Notes under the pieces: model-generated
Databases searched by the model: none
The model's input: the letters and a program-made list of their open reading frames with translations, nothing else
What the model was told of the DNA's origin: nothing
DNA from: Corallochytrium limacisporum Hawaii
Taxonomy: Eukaryota > Protista > Pluriformea
DNA length: 64,000 nt
Direction of reading: 5' to 3'
Assembly: GCA_002811645.1 (NCBI GenBank)
Contig: PDIP01000073.1
Coordinates: forward strand, 105,524 to 169,523
Part shown: piece after piece, positions 1 through 10,882 of the stretch
How positions within the stretch are numbered: position 1 is the first letter of the stretch
Layout of the letters: each line of letters starts with the position of its first letter
Position numbers and translations under genes: made by a program

Positions 1-549
1 AAAATGTTTCCCGCCACAGCGGTCGGGATTCGAATGAATGTGATTTGAATAGATTCGGCCTAATATTATGAGACAGAGGGTGGTACGCAATTTCCCCCGG
101 TCTCGGCTCGTCAGGCCCAGAAAAAGAAGTAAATCCGGGCCCGAAAATTTAATACCCTCCGTATATCATTTGTGAGTTTCCCAAGTTACGCAGTGGCTTT
201 TCGCGGTTCTGAGCCTTTCGATTGTGAAATCACTGTACGAAAGGAGAAACTTTATGGAGCCCGGCAAGAAAGATTTCTTAGCCGGTGAATCGCCAAAGGG
301 AAGCTGGTGGGCGGGCTGACTATGGAAACTTCTTGCGTTGATGATGTGGCGCGCACTTCGAGGTCAGCTCCACCTGAACTGCAGAAGAGTACCATCGCGA
401 TAATCTCCGTTATAAACTATCGCATTTGGCTGAGTCTGAATTCCGTTGATCATATTTAAGGACAGATATCTATGCAATCAACACGGGGACACGGGTTAGC
501 TTGTAGTATCTCCTGAAGGCAGGTCGCGGACACAGCTAATAGTGTTAAA

Positions 550-972
550 ATGGCACTTGGAATCACGAAAGACAATGCGCCCAGTTGGTGGGCCACAGTC
601 TGCATTGTGGGCCTCGGTATTTTTGGAATCTTTACCATTCTCAGTTTCTCTCCTTCCTGCTGGTTTGGAGGCATCTACATTTTCTGTATGGCAATTGTGA
701 TTGCTACCCTGGAAGGCCCTGCGTTCTGTACCAATTATAGTACAATCCTGCAGTACACTCGGGAAAAGAGTCAGCCTCTTCAGTCCTGGATGCGCACTAT
801 CTTGTACTACTTCTTGGCCGTGTGGTGCTTCTACCCTTGCACCGGGTTCTTTACCATCCTTGCCGGAATCTCGATTCTGGTTCTGGGCACCTTGCATTTG
901 TTCAAGGCTATCGGTGACCGGGGCTCTGGCTACTCTCACCAGACAGACGACCCAGAGGCTCAGTTCATGTAA
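550..972 (+). CDS. CACFD1: Calcium channel Flower / TVP18-like small membrane protein
   Basis: 140-aa hydrophobic ORF. LEGPAFC...LQSWMRTILY...GTLHLFKAIGDRG parallels Flower CEAPFCC...LRSWQKAVFY...GVLYGLSALGKKG. The true start could lie in an upstream exon. Confidence 0.7.
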   Translation: MALGITKDNAPSWWATVCIVGLGIFGIFTILSFSPSCWFGGIYIFCMAIVIATLEGPAFCTNYSTILQYTREKSQPLQSWMRTILYYFLAVWCFYPCTGFFTILAGISILVLGTLHLFKAIGDRGSGYSHQTDDPEAQFM

Positions 973-1085
973 AAAGACCATTCTGAGAAAAGGGGTAGGT
1001 ATAACCAATGTACATATTATCAAACATTATTCCATGTTAAACTATTACTATATTTGAACAGTTGTATTCTGCAAACTCTTATGCC

Positions 1086-2006
1086 TTAGGATAGAACTAA
1101 GGAAGCTGCTGCATAGCTCACGCTGCTGTCTCTTTTGTTCGTGACTGCATTGCTCTGTGCATATTTCAAGAATTTGATGTCGCAGTGTTCTTTGGCCTTT
1201 GCAGCCTCTACTATCGCCAGTAGAACAGCAATGGGGTGGCGGCCACAGATGGTGTTTTGCGAATCCTCAAGATATTGCTTAAAACTGTCGAGGTCCTTGC
1301 TTTCAATCAGCCGCATGCCTTCGCGGTCCATGTTCTCGATGGATTTGTGAATTCCTCTCTCACCCAAGGCCTCATCATATGGCGTATAGCGGAACCGCGG
1401 GCCCCAGTGGCAAAAGTCAGAAGAGATGACAAACACTGTCCCTGGATCAGCCCAATACTTGGCCAATGTTTGGCCGATAGAACGCTCTTTGGCCGTACTT
1501 ACACTACCAATCATGATGGGAACAATCTTGCATTTATGATCACCCATGACCTTGCGCAGATAGGGCAATTGCATTTCTATGCTGTGCTCATCAGTGTCGG
1601 TTGACCCAGAAATCGGTGTGAAGTGCTTCTGTTTCAGTAACTCCTCCATAATCTCAGTGTCCAACTTCAGATTACCCAATGGTGTTTCGTATTCCTTGAA
1701 CGGGCTGATACCAGCCCCATCGACGTAAACATGGTGAGAGGGACCCAGGATAAAGATTCGCTTGGTCTTGGTCGCATCAATCTGCTTGAAGCAGAACGCC
1801 GCGACGTGTCCTGAGTAGAAGTAGCCTGCGTGGGGGCTGATGATTGCTTTGGCTGGCATATGCATGTCGTGTTCGCTAACATCTTTGAGCCACCCAGTCA
1901 GCTCCTCGTCCAAGGTGCTGGGTGCGTGGCTGTACCACGAACCAGCCTTATCCGCAGGACGACAATCAAGAGCCGGCATCTTCTCAGAGGACTCCAATGC
2001 TCCCAT
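1086..2006 (-). CDS. MEMO1: MEMO1 (AmmeMemoRadiSam protein B family)
   Basis: Motifs AGSWY, ISPHAGYFYSG, LGPSHH, DEHSIEMQLPYL, ISSDFCHWG, NTICGRHPI and SSVSYAA. Confidence 0.95.
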   Translation of the reverse strand: MGALESSEKMPALDCRPADKAGSWYSHAPSTLDEELTGWLKDVSEHDMHMPAKAIISPHAGYFYSGHVAAFCFKQIDATKTKRIFILGPSHHVYVDGAGISPFKEYETPLGNLKLDTEIMEELLKQKHFTPISGSTDTDEHSIEMQLPYLRKVMGDHKCKIVPIMIGSVSTAKERSIGQTLAKYWADPGTVFVISSDFCHWGPRFRYTPYDEALGERGIHKSIENMDREGMRLIESKDLDSFKQYLEDSQNTICGRHPIAVLLAIVEAAKAKEHCDIKFLKYAQSNAVTNKRDSSVSYAAASLVLS

Positions 2007-2604
2007 TTTATGACTTGTAAGAAGATTTTCTTCTTATCGGATAAACTGAATTGGAATCTCTATCTGAAGTATCTGTCGATTGCACATCAATATTAGCTGT
2101 ATTTGTCCGTCTACTATGACACAACCCTATTGAACACATTCTACATCTGTTGTGCCAGGCCGGGAGCAAGCACTAAACCGGCTGGACGATCTCCCTCGTC
2201 CCGGTCCGAACCTTTTCACCCACCGGAGAAAGAGGGGAAGAACAAGGAAAGTTTGGCGGCGGAGTCGAATTTTCTGTTCGTGGGGTTTCGTACCGTTTTC
2301 CGACGCCTGAGCGAAGGGAGCAAGAGGAATGACAACGCAGCGGATAAGAAAGCCTGGACGGCGGAAAAGGGAGGAGCCTGATCGGAGCTGCGGGTGGGTT
2401 TCGCGACCTTACCGTGGGGAGTGTGGTGGGGAGTCGAGCTCCGGGAGAGAAAGCTGAGGGAAGTGAAAGGCGGCTGCAACGAGAAACGGGACACCCTCAG
2501 GAAGGCAGACGCCTGTTTTTTGCTTGGTATTTCATAGTCGACATGCATGTACTCTTCTATGTCTTCCAACATGCCCTGCGTAGGAACAGCCAGGAGCTAC
2601 AGCC

Positions 2605-3051
2605 ATGCAGCTCGACTACGAAACGCATCCTGGAGAAGAAGTTCCGGACCCGGAGGCACCTGACCACCATGGGTACTCTCTTCTCCCATCGGAACAGGAC
2701 CCGGGCAATGACTCTATTGTGGTAGCCATTGAAGACTATCAGGAGTTTGTTGAAGCCGATACTGAGGGTGAGGATGAAGACGAAACTGACGGCCAAGTAA
2801 ACCAGCGGTCTTTAAGTGAAGTGGCAAAGGATCTGCAGGACACGACTGCACTGCACTCCATGGATGACGAGAAGGCAGAAACGATCAAAAGCATTATGAG
2901 CCACATCAGTTTGGATGAGTCTGCCATCCCACCATGGGCCAAGAACTTGAACAGCAGGAACGTCGAAGTTGAGGAGGAAGGCACTCCAGAAGCCTGGCTA
3001 AAAGGAATGCTTAGCCACCGCCAAAGCACTCGGCCATCGTCCAAGTCATAG
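2605..3051 (+). CDS. MEA1: Male-enhanced antigen 1 (MEA1)-like acidic protein
   Basis: Acidic 148-aa ORF with MDDEKAETIKSIMSHISLDESAIPPWAK, matching the MEA1 C-terminal motif (MDPEHVELVKRTM...PAWA). A possible acceptor at about 2583 could add an upstream exon. Confidence 0.65.
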   Translation: MQLDYETHPGEEVPDPEAPDHHGYSLLPSEQDPGNDSIVVAIEDYQEFVEADTEGEDEDETDGQVNQRSLSEVAKDLQDTTALHSMDDEKAETIKSIMSHISLDESAIPPWAKNLNSRNVEVEEEGTPEAWLKGMLSHRQSTRPSSKS

Positions 3052-3252
3052 ATGAACCATCACCCTAATGATTACATATTTCACGCATAAGCCACGTAGC
3101 CAACACCCAAAGGCTATCCCATAATTAAAATGCTCCAGAGTCCCATAGTCTTGATGACAAAGACAACATGCGTTTGAGTGTGATGCAGACCCACTGGGCT
3201 CTCCTCCAAAGCAGCTCCCACCAAGGACGAGGGGGGTCGGGGCGCCCCCCCT

Positions 3253-3489
3253 NNNNNNNNNNNNNNNNNNNNNNNNNNNNNNNNNNNNNNNNNNNNNNNN
3301 NNNNNNNNNNNNNNNNNNNNNNNNNNNNNNNNNNNNNNNNNNNNNNNNNNNNNNNNNNNNNNNNNNNNNNNNNNNNNNNNNNNNNNNNNNNNNNNNNNNN
3401 NNNNNNNNNNNNNNNNNNNNNNNNNNNNNNNNNNNNNNNNNNNNNNNNNNNNNNNNNNNNNNNNNNNNNNNNNNNNNNNNNNNNNNNNN
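3253..3489. other. Assembly gap flanked by G/C-run sequence
   Basis: Run of N. Left flank is AGGGGGGTCGGGGCGCCCCCCCT and right flank is a G-run. Confidence 0.99.
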
Positions 3490-3879
3490 GGGGGGGGGGC
3501 GGTGGTCCGGATTTTGTCAATCGCCGACAGCAGTCTATGTTTTTTGTTTCCTATGTGCCTTCGCCGTTGACACCCTACCTGCAGTCCCGCTCTCCGGTTC
3601 GTTTGGTTTTTGGTTGGGAGGGGAGGCGGTGTACCTTCTCAACAGCGATCCGCGCCTAGCGTACAGCTCGGAGCGAGTGGCTAAGCGCAGTGCGACTTGG
3701 TCATTGGCTAGACAAGGATCAGGTACTTTGGCTTCTGTAAATAAATTGTTCTCTTTCACATAATCCATGAAACCCAGCGTGCAAAATCATATGCTAAACT
3801 AAAGAAAGTGAACAGTACACGGTTGCGATGTAGCTCGACGACGTCACACAAGAGTTCAATCGGTACAGGTGGAGCAAAG

Positions 3880-6800
3880 ATGGCGTCCCCACTTTCGCTA
3901 GACACACAAAAATTAAACAGTTTGCCGGAAGGCAAACAATTGCCATATGTATTACAATGGCTCGGCGATATTCAGGTTATGATTCCACAGCTTCCTGCGA
4001 TCTTACTCAAGGATTCTCAGTCAGAGGCACAGAAGCAACTCATCGACGAATTGAAGCGGTGTGATGGTCCAATTGTGCGAGCCAAGATTGGTAGGTCTTT
4101 ATCGCTCTTGTTGTCGAAGTCAGATACTTTCTCGATGCTGGAGGTTGTGACGGGACTACTGAATGTCTTAAAAGCGAAGGACGACGGAAGCGTTACAATG
4201 GGAGCGCGAAATGGAGCGGTCCAGTGCATGGGTATGGTCTTTGAGTCTTCGGGACATGGTCTTAAGGGAGAAGCACCAGAATGCTGCCAAGTGATCATGA
4301 AGGTTGTTCGTCAGTTTGATCGCGATGAAACTAGGCAGCTTGCGCTTGTAGCTCTTAGCAAAATTGTGGGTAACATTGACGAACTGTCGTCGAAAGTGCC
4401 CATCAAGGACGTCACAAAGCTTGGAAAAGCGTCCCTGGAGCCTTACAGGCCTCCAGGTGTCATTGCAGCGGGAGCAGATTTGCTGGTCACGTGCATGCAA
4501 ATGGATAAGCATATGGGCGTCTCAGAGTACGAGACTCTGCTGACCTTGGCCCTCCGCGCCACTGAGGTACACGACTACACTAGCCGCAACGCGGTTGCAC
4601 GCCTTTGTGCCGAGATAGCAGACAATGGAGACGCTGATTTGGAAGACCTTTCTTTCGGGAAAATGAAGCTGGTGTTCGAATCCAAGGGGCTGCACCGCAA
4701 TGCAACTGATCGAATCAATTTGCTAATTGTGTGCATGGCACGGCCGAACGTGTCTCGTGACATTCGCGCTGGGGCTGCCATGGGCCTCATTCAGTGGGCG
4801 AAGCGCAGAGGCCGTGCCTACATGATTCGAAACCATGTGAACTTTGTCAAGCGCATAATCTATGCCGTAGAATGGGGCACAGAGACCTCTACCGACGAAG
4901 AGTTTATCGGTGTTGCGGCCTATTCAGTTCTGAAGACTGTTGCGCAGGAAATGCTGGGCGAGAGTGCACGGGAGAATGTGATTCAGACCCTGAGGGAGGA
5001 AATGGAACGGTGCCGCGGTGAGCCATCAGGCGGATCACTGTATGTGGTGACCACTAGTTTACGTACCATAGTGTATGTCACCATGCTGATGGGCGCAATC
5101 CGTGACGACATCATGAACACGGTGAGTAGAGAAGGCAAGGCTTTGCTCACAAGCAAAATCGTAGATGTAAGGCTCATGGCAGCTACAGCGATTGCGGCGG
5201 TGTCCAGCATGGTGCCCTCTAGCATTTCGAGAAATCTGCGTGACTGCATCGGCCAGCTCACTACGAAAACCGCAGCGACTGACTACGACGGTCGACATGG
5301 TTTGTCATACGGCATTGCGAGCCTACTAAGTGCTGCAGGGAGGGGAGACTTTGGTGTGCCTGACGACCTGCCTTTGCAAGCCATGGAAATTGCGGAGAAC
5401 ATGCTCACGACGGCTACCCAATTAATGGCAACGGAGGTCGGCCCGGCATGCCAGTTGGCAGATGCGGCATGGGCCGTTATTGCTGCTCTCACTACCCTCG
5501 GACCCTCGTTCACCCGTGATCACATGAGAAAGTATTTCCGCCTGTGGAAGGACGTCTTTCCCTACGTCGCAAAGGAGTCTCCGGAGCGGATCCAGGAGTC
5601 TAGTAACCAGGCCCATTTCAACACTCAAACCCGCCTGGGTGGCCTACTGACCATTCAATTGTTTGTGAAGAACAACGCCGACTTGCTAAGCAACGAGGTT
5701 ACGGGTCGCATCTACCAGTTCATTGCCAGTGCAACCGTCTTGGTGTCATCACTGGGCAATCACAATGGCTTCCTGGAACTGCGGGGCATGTATCGTGCGA
5801 CACTTTATGAGACTATTGTTGCAGTGAAAGGCAACGTCAGTGCAGAAATTCCTTTACCAGTTCTGGTCCGTTTGATTGTAGCCGACCTCACCAACAAGGA
5901 AGGCCGATGTGTGGGTACAAACTTGGCAAGCGAGTATAGCTTGGCTGAGAACCATGTCCTGACCGATGCGTACTACCTTCACGACATCAACGAAGCAGAA
6001 CTCTATGGGTGCCTTGAACTGGGATACGACGTCGGCCCCATCCGAGAAGATCCAGCCGCGGTCATTGACTTTATCAGTGGCCCTGGACGCTGTGGGCGGG
6101 TAATCCGTTTGCCGGAACCATTGAATCTACGTCTGGTCAATTCGGCGATTCAGGCGTTCGCGGAGATATACTCATTCCTCAGTCAAAGGCATCGGCACCA
6201 ATTGTTTGATCACTTTGCGGCTATCATCGATGCCGCGAGCCGGCAAAGCAATGCGCAAGTGGCAGAGAACGTGCAAGGCAATCTGCTGTGCGCGGTTGTG
6301 GCGGCAGCCAAGGCATCAATCTCGCGTCATAAGGGCATCGGAAAAGAAGCCATCCTTGAAGCCATGTGCAATCTATCGCTCAAAGGCCTGGAGCATCCAG
6401 ATCCGTCCGTGCGAGTGCTGGCGGCAGAGGGTCTCCGCAGTGTTACACAGGTTGCCAGCGACAGCTTTGTATCGAATCTAGTTAACCAAATCATTGAGCG
6501 ACTCAAGGTGGACACCAATGCAATCACCCGCAGCACATACTGTCTGGCTCTGGGAGGCATTCTTCGCAACATCATGGGGGTTGTAATGGGCAGCAAACAG
6601 ATCAAAGGTATCATCGGCATCCTCCACGCTCTGGCCAGTGATCTCGTACCGACTGTGCAGAGCTGGGCTCTACACGCTCTATCCCTGACCTATGAAAGCG
6701 CCGGTCCTTCCGCCACAGGCTACGTAAACGACACCATCACCCTGCTCGGGTCGCTGATCACCAGTGACAACCACACCTCACCCGATACGTGGCGTGGCAT

Positions 6801-9800
6801 TGCCAACTCTCTGAATGGAGTCGTAACCGCAGTCGGCCCGGAGCTTCAAGCAATGGGAGACTTACGTAACTCTTGTGTGGCTTTTGCGAACGCAGCCCTG
6901 GATTATGAGGATCCTTTTGTAATGGCTGCTGGAATCAACTGTCTGCAAAAGTTATTGCTCTTTGCACCGAAGCAGATTGATATGCCTCTGCTGATCCCGT
7001 GCATGCGAGACTGCATGGACGGATCGCACAACACACTCACTCGGGTGAGTGTGAGCTGTCTGCAACACGTCATCAAGCGAGACTACAGCATTGTTATTCG
7101 CGTTTGTCCCGATCTGCCTCAGAGACTCCTGGCTCGCCTCAGTAGTGCACAGGATGAGAACCTCCGCACAGACATTCATGATGTCATGCTCATGCTCACA
7201 TCCCAGGATGGTGTGCATCGTGTGAATTATTACATCGAAATCTGTCGGCAGATTCTCAGCGGCGAGATCACGGACAACGCACTGGCTACAAAGAAAGGCG
7301 CTGCCGCAGCGGACAAACCTGGAGCGGACCGCAGTGATAGCGCTGCAGCCGGCGGCGGAGAAGACGACAACGATGCTGACGCGACCTTTGTTGCTTCTGG
7401 TGGCGGCGGAGGCAGCAAGAAGGCGCTACAGGATCCTCAGTGGTGGGTCCGGGCATTTGCGGTGGATTGCCTGAACCATTTGATCAGCACATGTGCCAAA
7501 CTGAGCCACCACACTCAAACTAGTGCCGCGGCAACCTTCCTTTCGGATCCGCACAACCGACGCAGCTCGATGACAGGAGATGCGGTGACGAAGAAGGATC
7601 TGCTGCTACACCGGATCCCTGACCTAATCCGCCTAGCTTTCTCTGCCGTCTCTGCGACGGTGGATTTGGTCTCCGCCAAGGGTCTGGAGACTCTAGATGC
7701 AGTCATCACAGCATTTGCAGGCACCACCGATTCTGAATTCGGGGGTTCGATTCTCGAACAGAACCAAGCCCAAGTCAGTGCGGCCTTGCGCCCTGCCTTT
7801 GACGAAAGTAGCAATCCTATCATCACGTCGACGGCTTGCCGTGTGTGCGCTGCGTGGATTACCTCAGGAGCCTCATCGGACATTGACGGCGTTCGTCGCA
7901 TCAAGGGATTACTCGTTGACAAACTGACCAACGTGCGGAAGGATATGTACACAGACCTGAATGAGAGTGCGGCAGTAATGTTTCGCCTCGCCTTGCTCGA
8001 AGCTTGGGCTGACATATACATTGCTGCGGTCACTGGGAAGGTTGGTGAAGACGATGTCCTCGACCCACCGGGTACAAAGCCAGTAATCAGCAATACTAGT
8101 ACCAGCAAGGTACCATCCTATCTCAATGAAGTTATCAAGCCGCACCTCGCTGAATTGCGCAATCACTGGCACGCCGTGCTGCGCGACTATGCGATGCTTC
8201 GACTGCCAGTACATTTGTGGACTACGTTCCGGAGCGGTACGTTCTTCAAGAAGCCTTCCGAACTAGTCTTGCGGCACTACCGTCATTGCTGGATACGCAT
8301 TCTCCATGGCGGCTGTCTGACGCTTTTTGGCCGCTATGGAGGAGCGGAGGACACCGAAGAGATCGCCGCGACTCGTAGCAAGAAGCGTGATACCTTCTAC
8401 TGCATCCTCGGACTCTGTGTGCAGAGCCTGGCAACCGATCGGAGCAATCAACACGTTCACGGTTGTCTGTTGGGCCTGTATTATGTCTTCAATCCGAAGA
8501 GGCTTGTTCTGCACATTATTTCGACCATGACCGACACAACGGCAGCCGAGACACCAGCCCAGACCACGGATCTGGACGAAATTGGCTTTCCAGGCGAGAT
8601 CTTCGTGGAGATTATGTCTCTGTTCCACCGTCTTTTACGTACTCAGGGACCTGTGATTCAAATGGAAGTGATGAAGGTCCTCCAGCGGTTCCTGGCCTGT
8701 CATCGGGAGGTTGACGGCAGCGGTGATGTCGACCCAGCAGTTGACGCTGAGAAATCGCAGGTATATGCTGCCCTGGAGGTTTGCACGTGCATTTTGCTGC
8801 GGGCAATTCCGACGATTGACCCAGCCTTCGCACCAGGCGGGAGCGATGGACCGTCCTCGTCCGCGGTCAATAACGAGGCTGCAGCCGAACTGAGCAAGAA
8901 CGTGGCGGCGATCCCTGCCTTTGATGAAGCAATCGCCGTGACTATGGATTGCATCGCCCGCATTGGGGCCTTAACGCCGTCTCCAATTCTACCGTCCGTG
9001 CTGCCGACGCTACAATACTTGCCGCTCATGGCTCTGAAAGCCGACCCGCGTACCGGCAGCAGTGATCCGTCCAGCGCTGACCGCTACGCGGCCGTCTCAT
9101 TGCGGGCATTGGCCGGACTGGCTCGGGTTATTGCAGCCCGGGACACGGATACAATCGAGCGGTGCCGTCCGACAATGATGGCGCTGTGTGAAAGTTTATT
9201 GGCGTACGCAGAGATCCGGGAGCAGAAGAAAGACAAAGGCACCCATCGCACCGTGATTGCATTGAGTGGTGTAATTGCCACCGCCGCGCCGTCCCAGCAG
9301 CAGGTGCTGAGCCGGAACCAGGTCGATCGATTAATGAAACTTGTGCTCAGTGTATGGAGAAGCGGTAGAGAAGGATCAGATGACACCGGCACCGGTCGCT
9401 CCGATGGCATGAAGCTCATCGCCTCCATGGTCCGTAGCACGAAGCCCCTGGCATTAGTTGCAGTCAACGAAGTCGTCCCCGAGGTCCTGGACTACGCCAA
9501 GAAGTCAGCTGCGTCCCTGACGCTGCCAGAAGTTCAGATGGCTCTTGCTGTCTTCGACGCGCTGCTCCACCTTTCGGCAGGCAATGCACAGCAGATTTTT
9601 GGCTGTCTATCGCTGATATTACCCGCTGTCTCGGCACTGATTGTGGATAACGCTACGCCAGGCTGTCCAGACCTGGCCATTGAATACCTTACGCGGACCG
9701 GTACGGCGAACCCGCAAGGCTTCAAGGACGCGCTAGCCACAATGCCCGCCGGCGATCGCGAGAAGATGCAAACCGTCATCAAAGCCAAGGCTCAGACGGC

Positions 9801-9954
9801 CGCCGTCGGCGATAGAAAATCTAGTACTAGCGGAGGACAGGCCAAGAAGAAATGGGAGGACGACGACGATTACCAGGGGGAGGACGTGGGTAGTGAACAG
9901 CCCAAGATTCCGCTCAAGATGGATTTCAGTAAGTTTACAGCCAAATCAAGCTAA
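3880..9954 (+). CDS. HEATR5: HEAT repeat-containing protein 5 (HEATR5/Laa1, AP-1 accessory factor)
   Basis: About 2024-aa HEAT-repeat ORF from the first ATG at 3880. Motifs VQSWALHAL, LQKLLLFAP, DLIRLAF, ILEQNQAQVSAALRPAF, TACRVCAAWI and C-terminal LKMDFS. Confidence 0.92.
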   Translation: MASPLSLDTQKLNSLPEGKQLPYVLQWLGDIQVMIPQLPAILLKDSQSEAQKQLIDELKRCDGPIVRAKIGRSLSLLLSKSDTFSMLEVVTGLLNVLKAKDDGSVTMGARNGAVQCMGMVFESSGHGLKGEAPECCQVIMKVVRQFDRDETRQLALVALSKIVGNIDELSSKVPIKDVTKLGKASLEPYRPPGVIAAGADLLVTCMQMDKHMGVSEYETLLTLALRATEVHDYTSRNAVARLCAEIADNGDADLEDLSFGKMKLVFESKGLHRNATDRINLLIVCMARPNVSRDIRAGAAMGLIQWAKRRGRAYMIRNHVNFVKRIIYAVEWGTETSTDEEFIGVAAYSVLKTVAQEMLGESARENVIQTLREEMERCRGEPSGGSLYVVTTSLRTIVYVTMLMGAIRDDIMNTVSREGKALLTSKIVDVRLMAATAIAAVSSMVPSSISRNLRDCIGQLTTKTAATDYDGRHGLSYGIASLLSAAGRGDFGVPDDLPLQAMEIAENMLTTATQLMATEVGPACQLADAAWAVIAALTTLGPSFTRDHMRKYFRLWKDVFPYVAKESPERIQESSNQAHFNTQTRLGGLLTIQLFVKNNADLLSNEVTGRIYQFIASATVLVSSLGNHNGFLELRGMYRATLYETIVAVKGNVSAEIPLPVLVRLIVADLTNKEGRCVGTNLASEYSLAENHVLTDAYYLHDINEAELYGCLELGYDVGPIREDPAAVIDFISGPGRCGRVIRLPEPLNLRLVNSAIQAFAEIYSFLSQRHRHQLFDHFAAIIDAASRQSNAQVAENVQGNLLCAVVAAAKASISRHKGIGKEAILEAMCNLSLKGLEHPDPSVRVLAAEGLRSVTQVASDSFVSNLVNQIIERLKVDTNAITRSTYCLALGGILRNIMGVVMGSKQIKGIIGILHALASDLVPTVQSWALHALSLTYESAGPSATGYVNDTITLLGSLITSDNHTSPDTWRGIANSLNGVVTAVGPELQAMGDLRNSCVAFANAALDYEDPFVMAAGINCLQKLLLFAPKQIDMPLLIPCMRDCMDGSHNTLTRVSVSCLQHVIKRDYSIVIRVCPDLPQRLLARLSSAQDENLRTDIHDVMLMLTSQDGVHRVNYYIEICRQILSGEITDNALATKKGAAAADKPGADRSDSAAAGGGEDDNDADATFVASGGGGGSKKALQDPQWWVRAFAVDCLNHLISTCAKLSHHTQTSAAATFLSDPHNRRSSMTGDAVTKKDLLLHRIPDLIRLAFSAVSATVDLVSAKGLETLDAVITAFAGTTDSEFGGSILEQNQAQVSAALRPAFDESSNPIITSTACRVCAAWITSGASSDIDGVRRIKGLLVDKLTNVRKDMYTDLNESAAVMFRLALLEAWADIYIAAVTGKVGEDDVLDPPGTKPVISNTSTSKVPSYLNEVIKPHLAELRNHWHAVLRDYAMLRLPVHLWTTFRSGTFFKKPSELVLRHYRHCWIRILHGGCLTLFGRYGGAEDTEEIAATRSKKRDTFYCILGLCVQSLATDRSNQHVHGCLLGLYYVFNPKRLVLHIISTMTDTTAAETPAQTTDLDEIGFPGEIFVEIMSLFHRLLRTQGPVIQMEVMKVLQRFLACHREVDGSGDVDPAVDAEKSQVYAALEVCTCILLRAIPTIDPAFAPGGSDGPSSSAVNNEAAAELSKNVAAIPAFDEAIAVTMDCIARIGALTPSPILPSVLPTLQYLPLMALKADPRTGSSDPSSADRYAAVSLRALAGLARVIAARDTDTIERCRPTMMALCESLLAYAEIREQKKDKGTHRTVIALSGVIATAAPSQQQVLSRNQVDRLMKLVLSVWRSGREGSDDTGTGRSDGMKLIASMVRSTKPLALVAVNEVVPEVLDYAKKSAASLTLPEVQMALAVFDALLHLSAGNAQQIFGCLSLILPAVSALIVDNATPGCPDLAIEYLTRTGTANPQGFKDALATMPAGDREKMQTVIKAKAQTAAVGDRKSSTSGGQAKKKWEDDDDYQGEDVGSEQPKIPLKMDFSKFTAKSS

Positions 9955-10114
9955 GATACAAAGAATAGATAAAATTGTCATGTTCAGTTTGATGTAGCCA
10001 CATAACGTGATATGGCGCATACAGCATATGTTTATTACGTGTGTGTGTGCTGGTTCATGTGGCCACTAATCGTGTGATGCAATCTTTGCATATGATGTCA
10101 TGAATGTAGACGGT

Positions 10115-10477
10115 TCAATTGTGTTTTGATGCCTCCAAACCCTGATCCTGCAGAACCTTCTTTATTTGCTCCTGCTCCGCGCTCAAACGGTACCGGCAAA
10201 TTTCCCAGCTGGCGAAACTGATGACTATAAATGAACCTATGGCCCAGTTACACCCCTGCAGGACATTGCGAGTCTGTAGAAACCTCCATGTCCCGAGCAT
10301 AGACCCACCACCGATGCCATACAGGTACGAATCACGGGCACAGGGTATACGTTCGACATCGTAGGTCGTGAAGAACTCGTACCAACTGTTGAACTTTTGG
10401 GGCTTGGAGCGAGCTAGTTTGGCATGCAGGTCAGACCGTTCCACAGGAGAGTCTGTGTCTTTGTTGGGATCAGCCAT
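10115..10477 (-). CDS. COX20: Cytochrome c oxidase assembly protein COX20
   Basis: IPCARDSYLYGIGGG...GCNWAIGSF...SWEICR signature. Confidence 0.9.
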   Translation of the reverse strand: MADPNKDTDSPVERSDLHAKLARSKPQKFNSWYEFFTTYDVERIPCARDSYLYGIGGGSMLGTWRFLQTRNVLQGCNWAIGSFIVISFASWEICRYRLSAEQEQIKKVLQDQGLEASKHN

Positions 10478-10882
10478 GGTGTGGTGTCTTTTGCCTCGAA
10501 ATATGTATCGAATCGGTGCGTTTCGCTTCTTTTGCTACTTCACGCTGATCCCATTGGCCGCGCAATGTTTGCTGCTGAAAAATGAAACTGAGTTTGGATA
10601 CTAATAAAGAAGTTATGCTAGGGATCCTTGAACATTTCTTCCATCTTTTTGATCAATTAGTGTGCCGTTTTCTCTCATTGAGATGTATGCTATAAATCTA
10701 CTAGTCCACGCCACTGCTCTTTTAAATACTGCCACAGACCGGGGACGTGGCTTTCTGCTGGCGGCTTTCGTCACCCTCTGTCCGTTGGGGGAAGGCCGGC
10801 CCACGCACTCGGTTCAAAAGCGGGGAGAAAAAAGGGGATTGTGCACAGCGGGAGAAAGTGAGGGAGGGGTTACTTCCACTGG

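Noticed and set aside
3660-3725. tRNA D-arm-like GAGCGAGTGGCTAAG
   Set aside because: No T-arm GTTC motif or acceptor stem.
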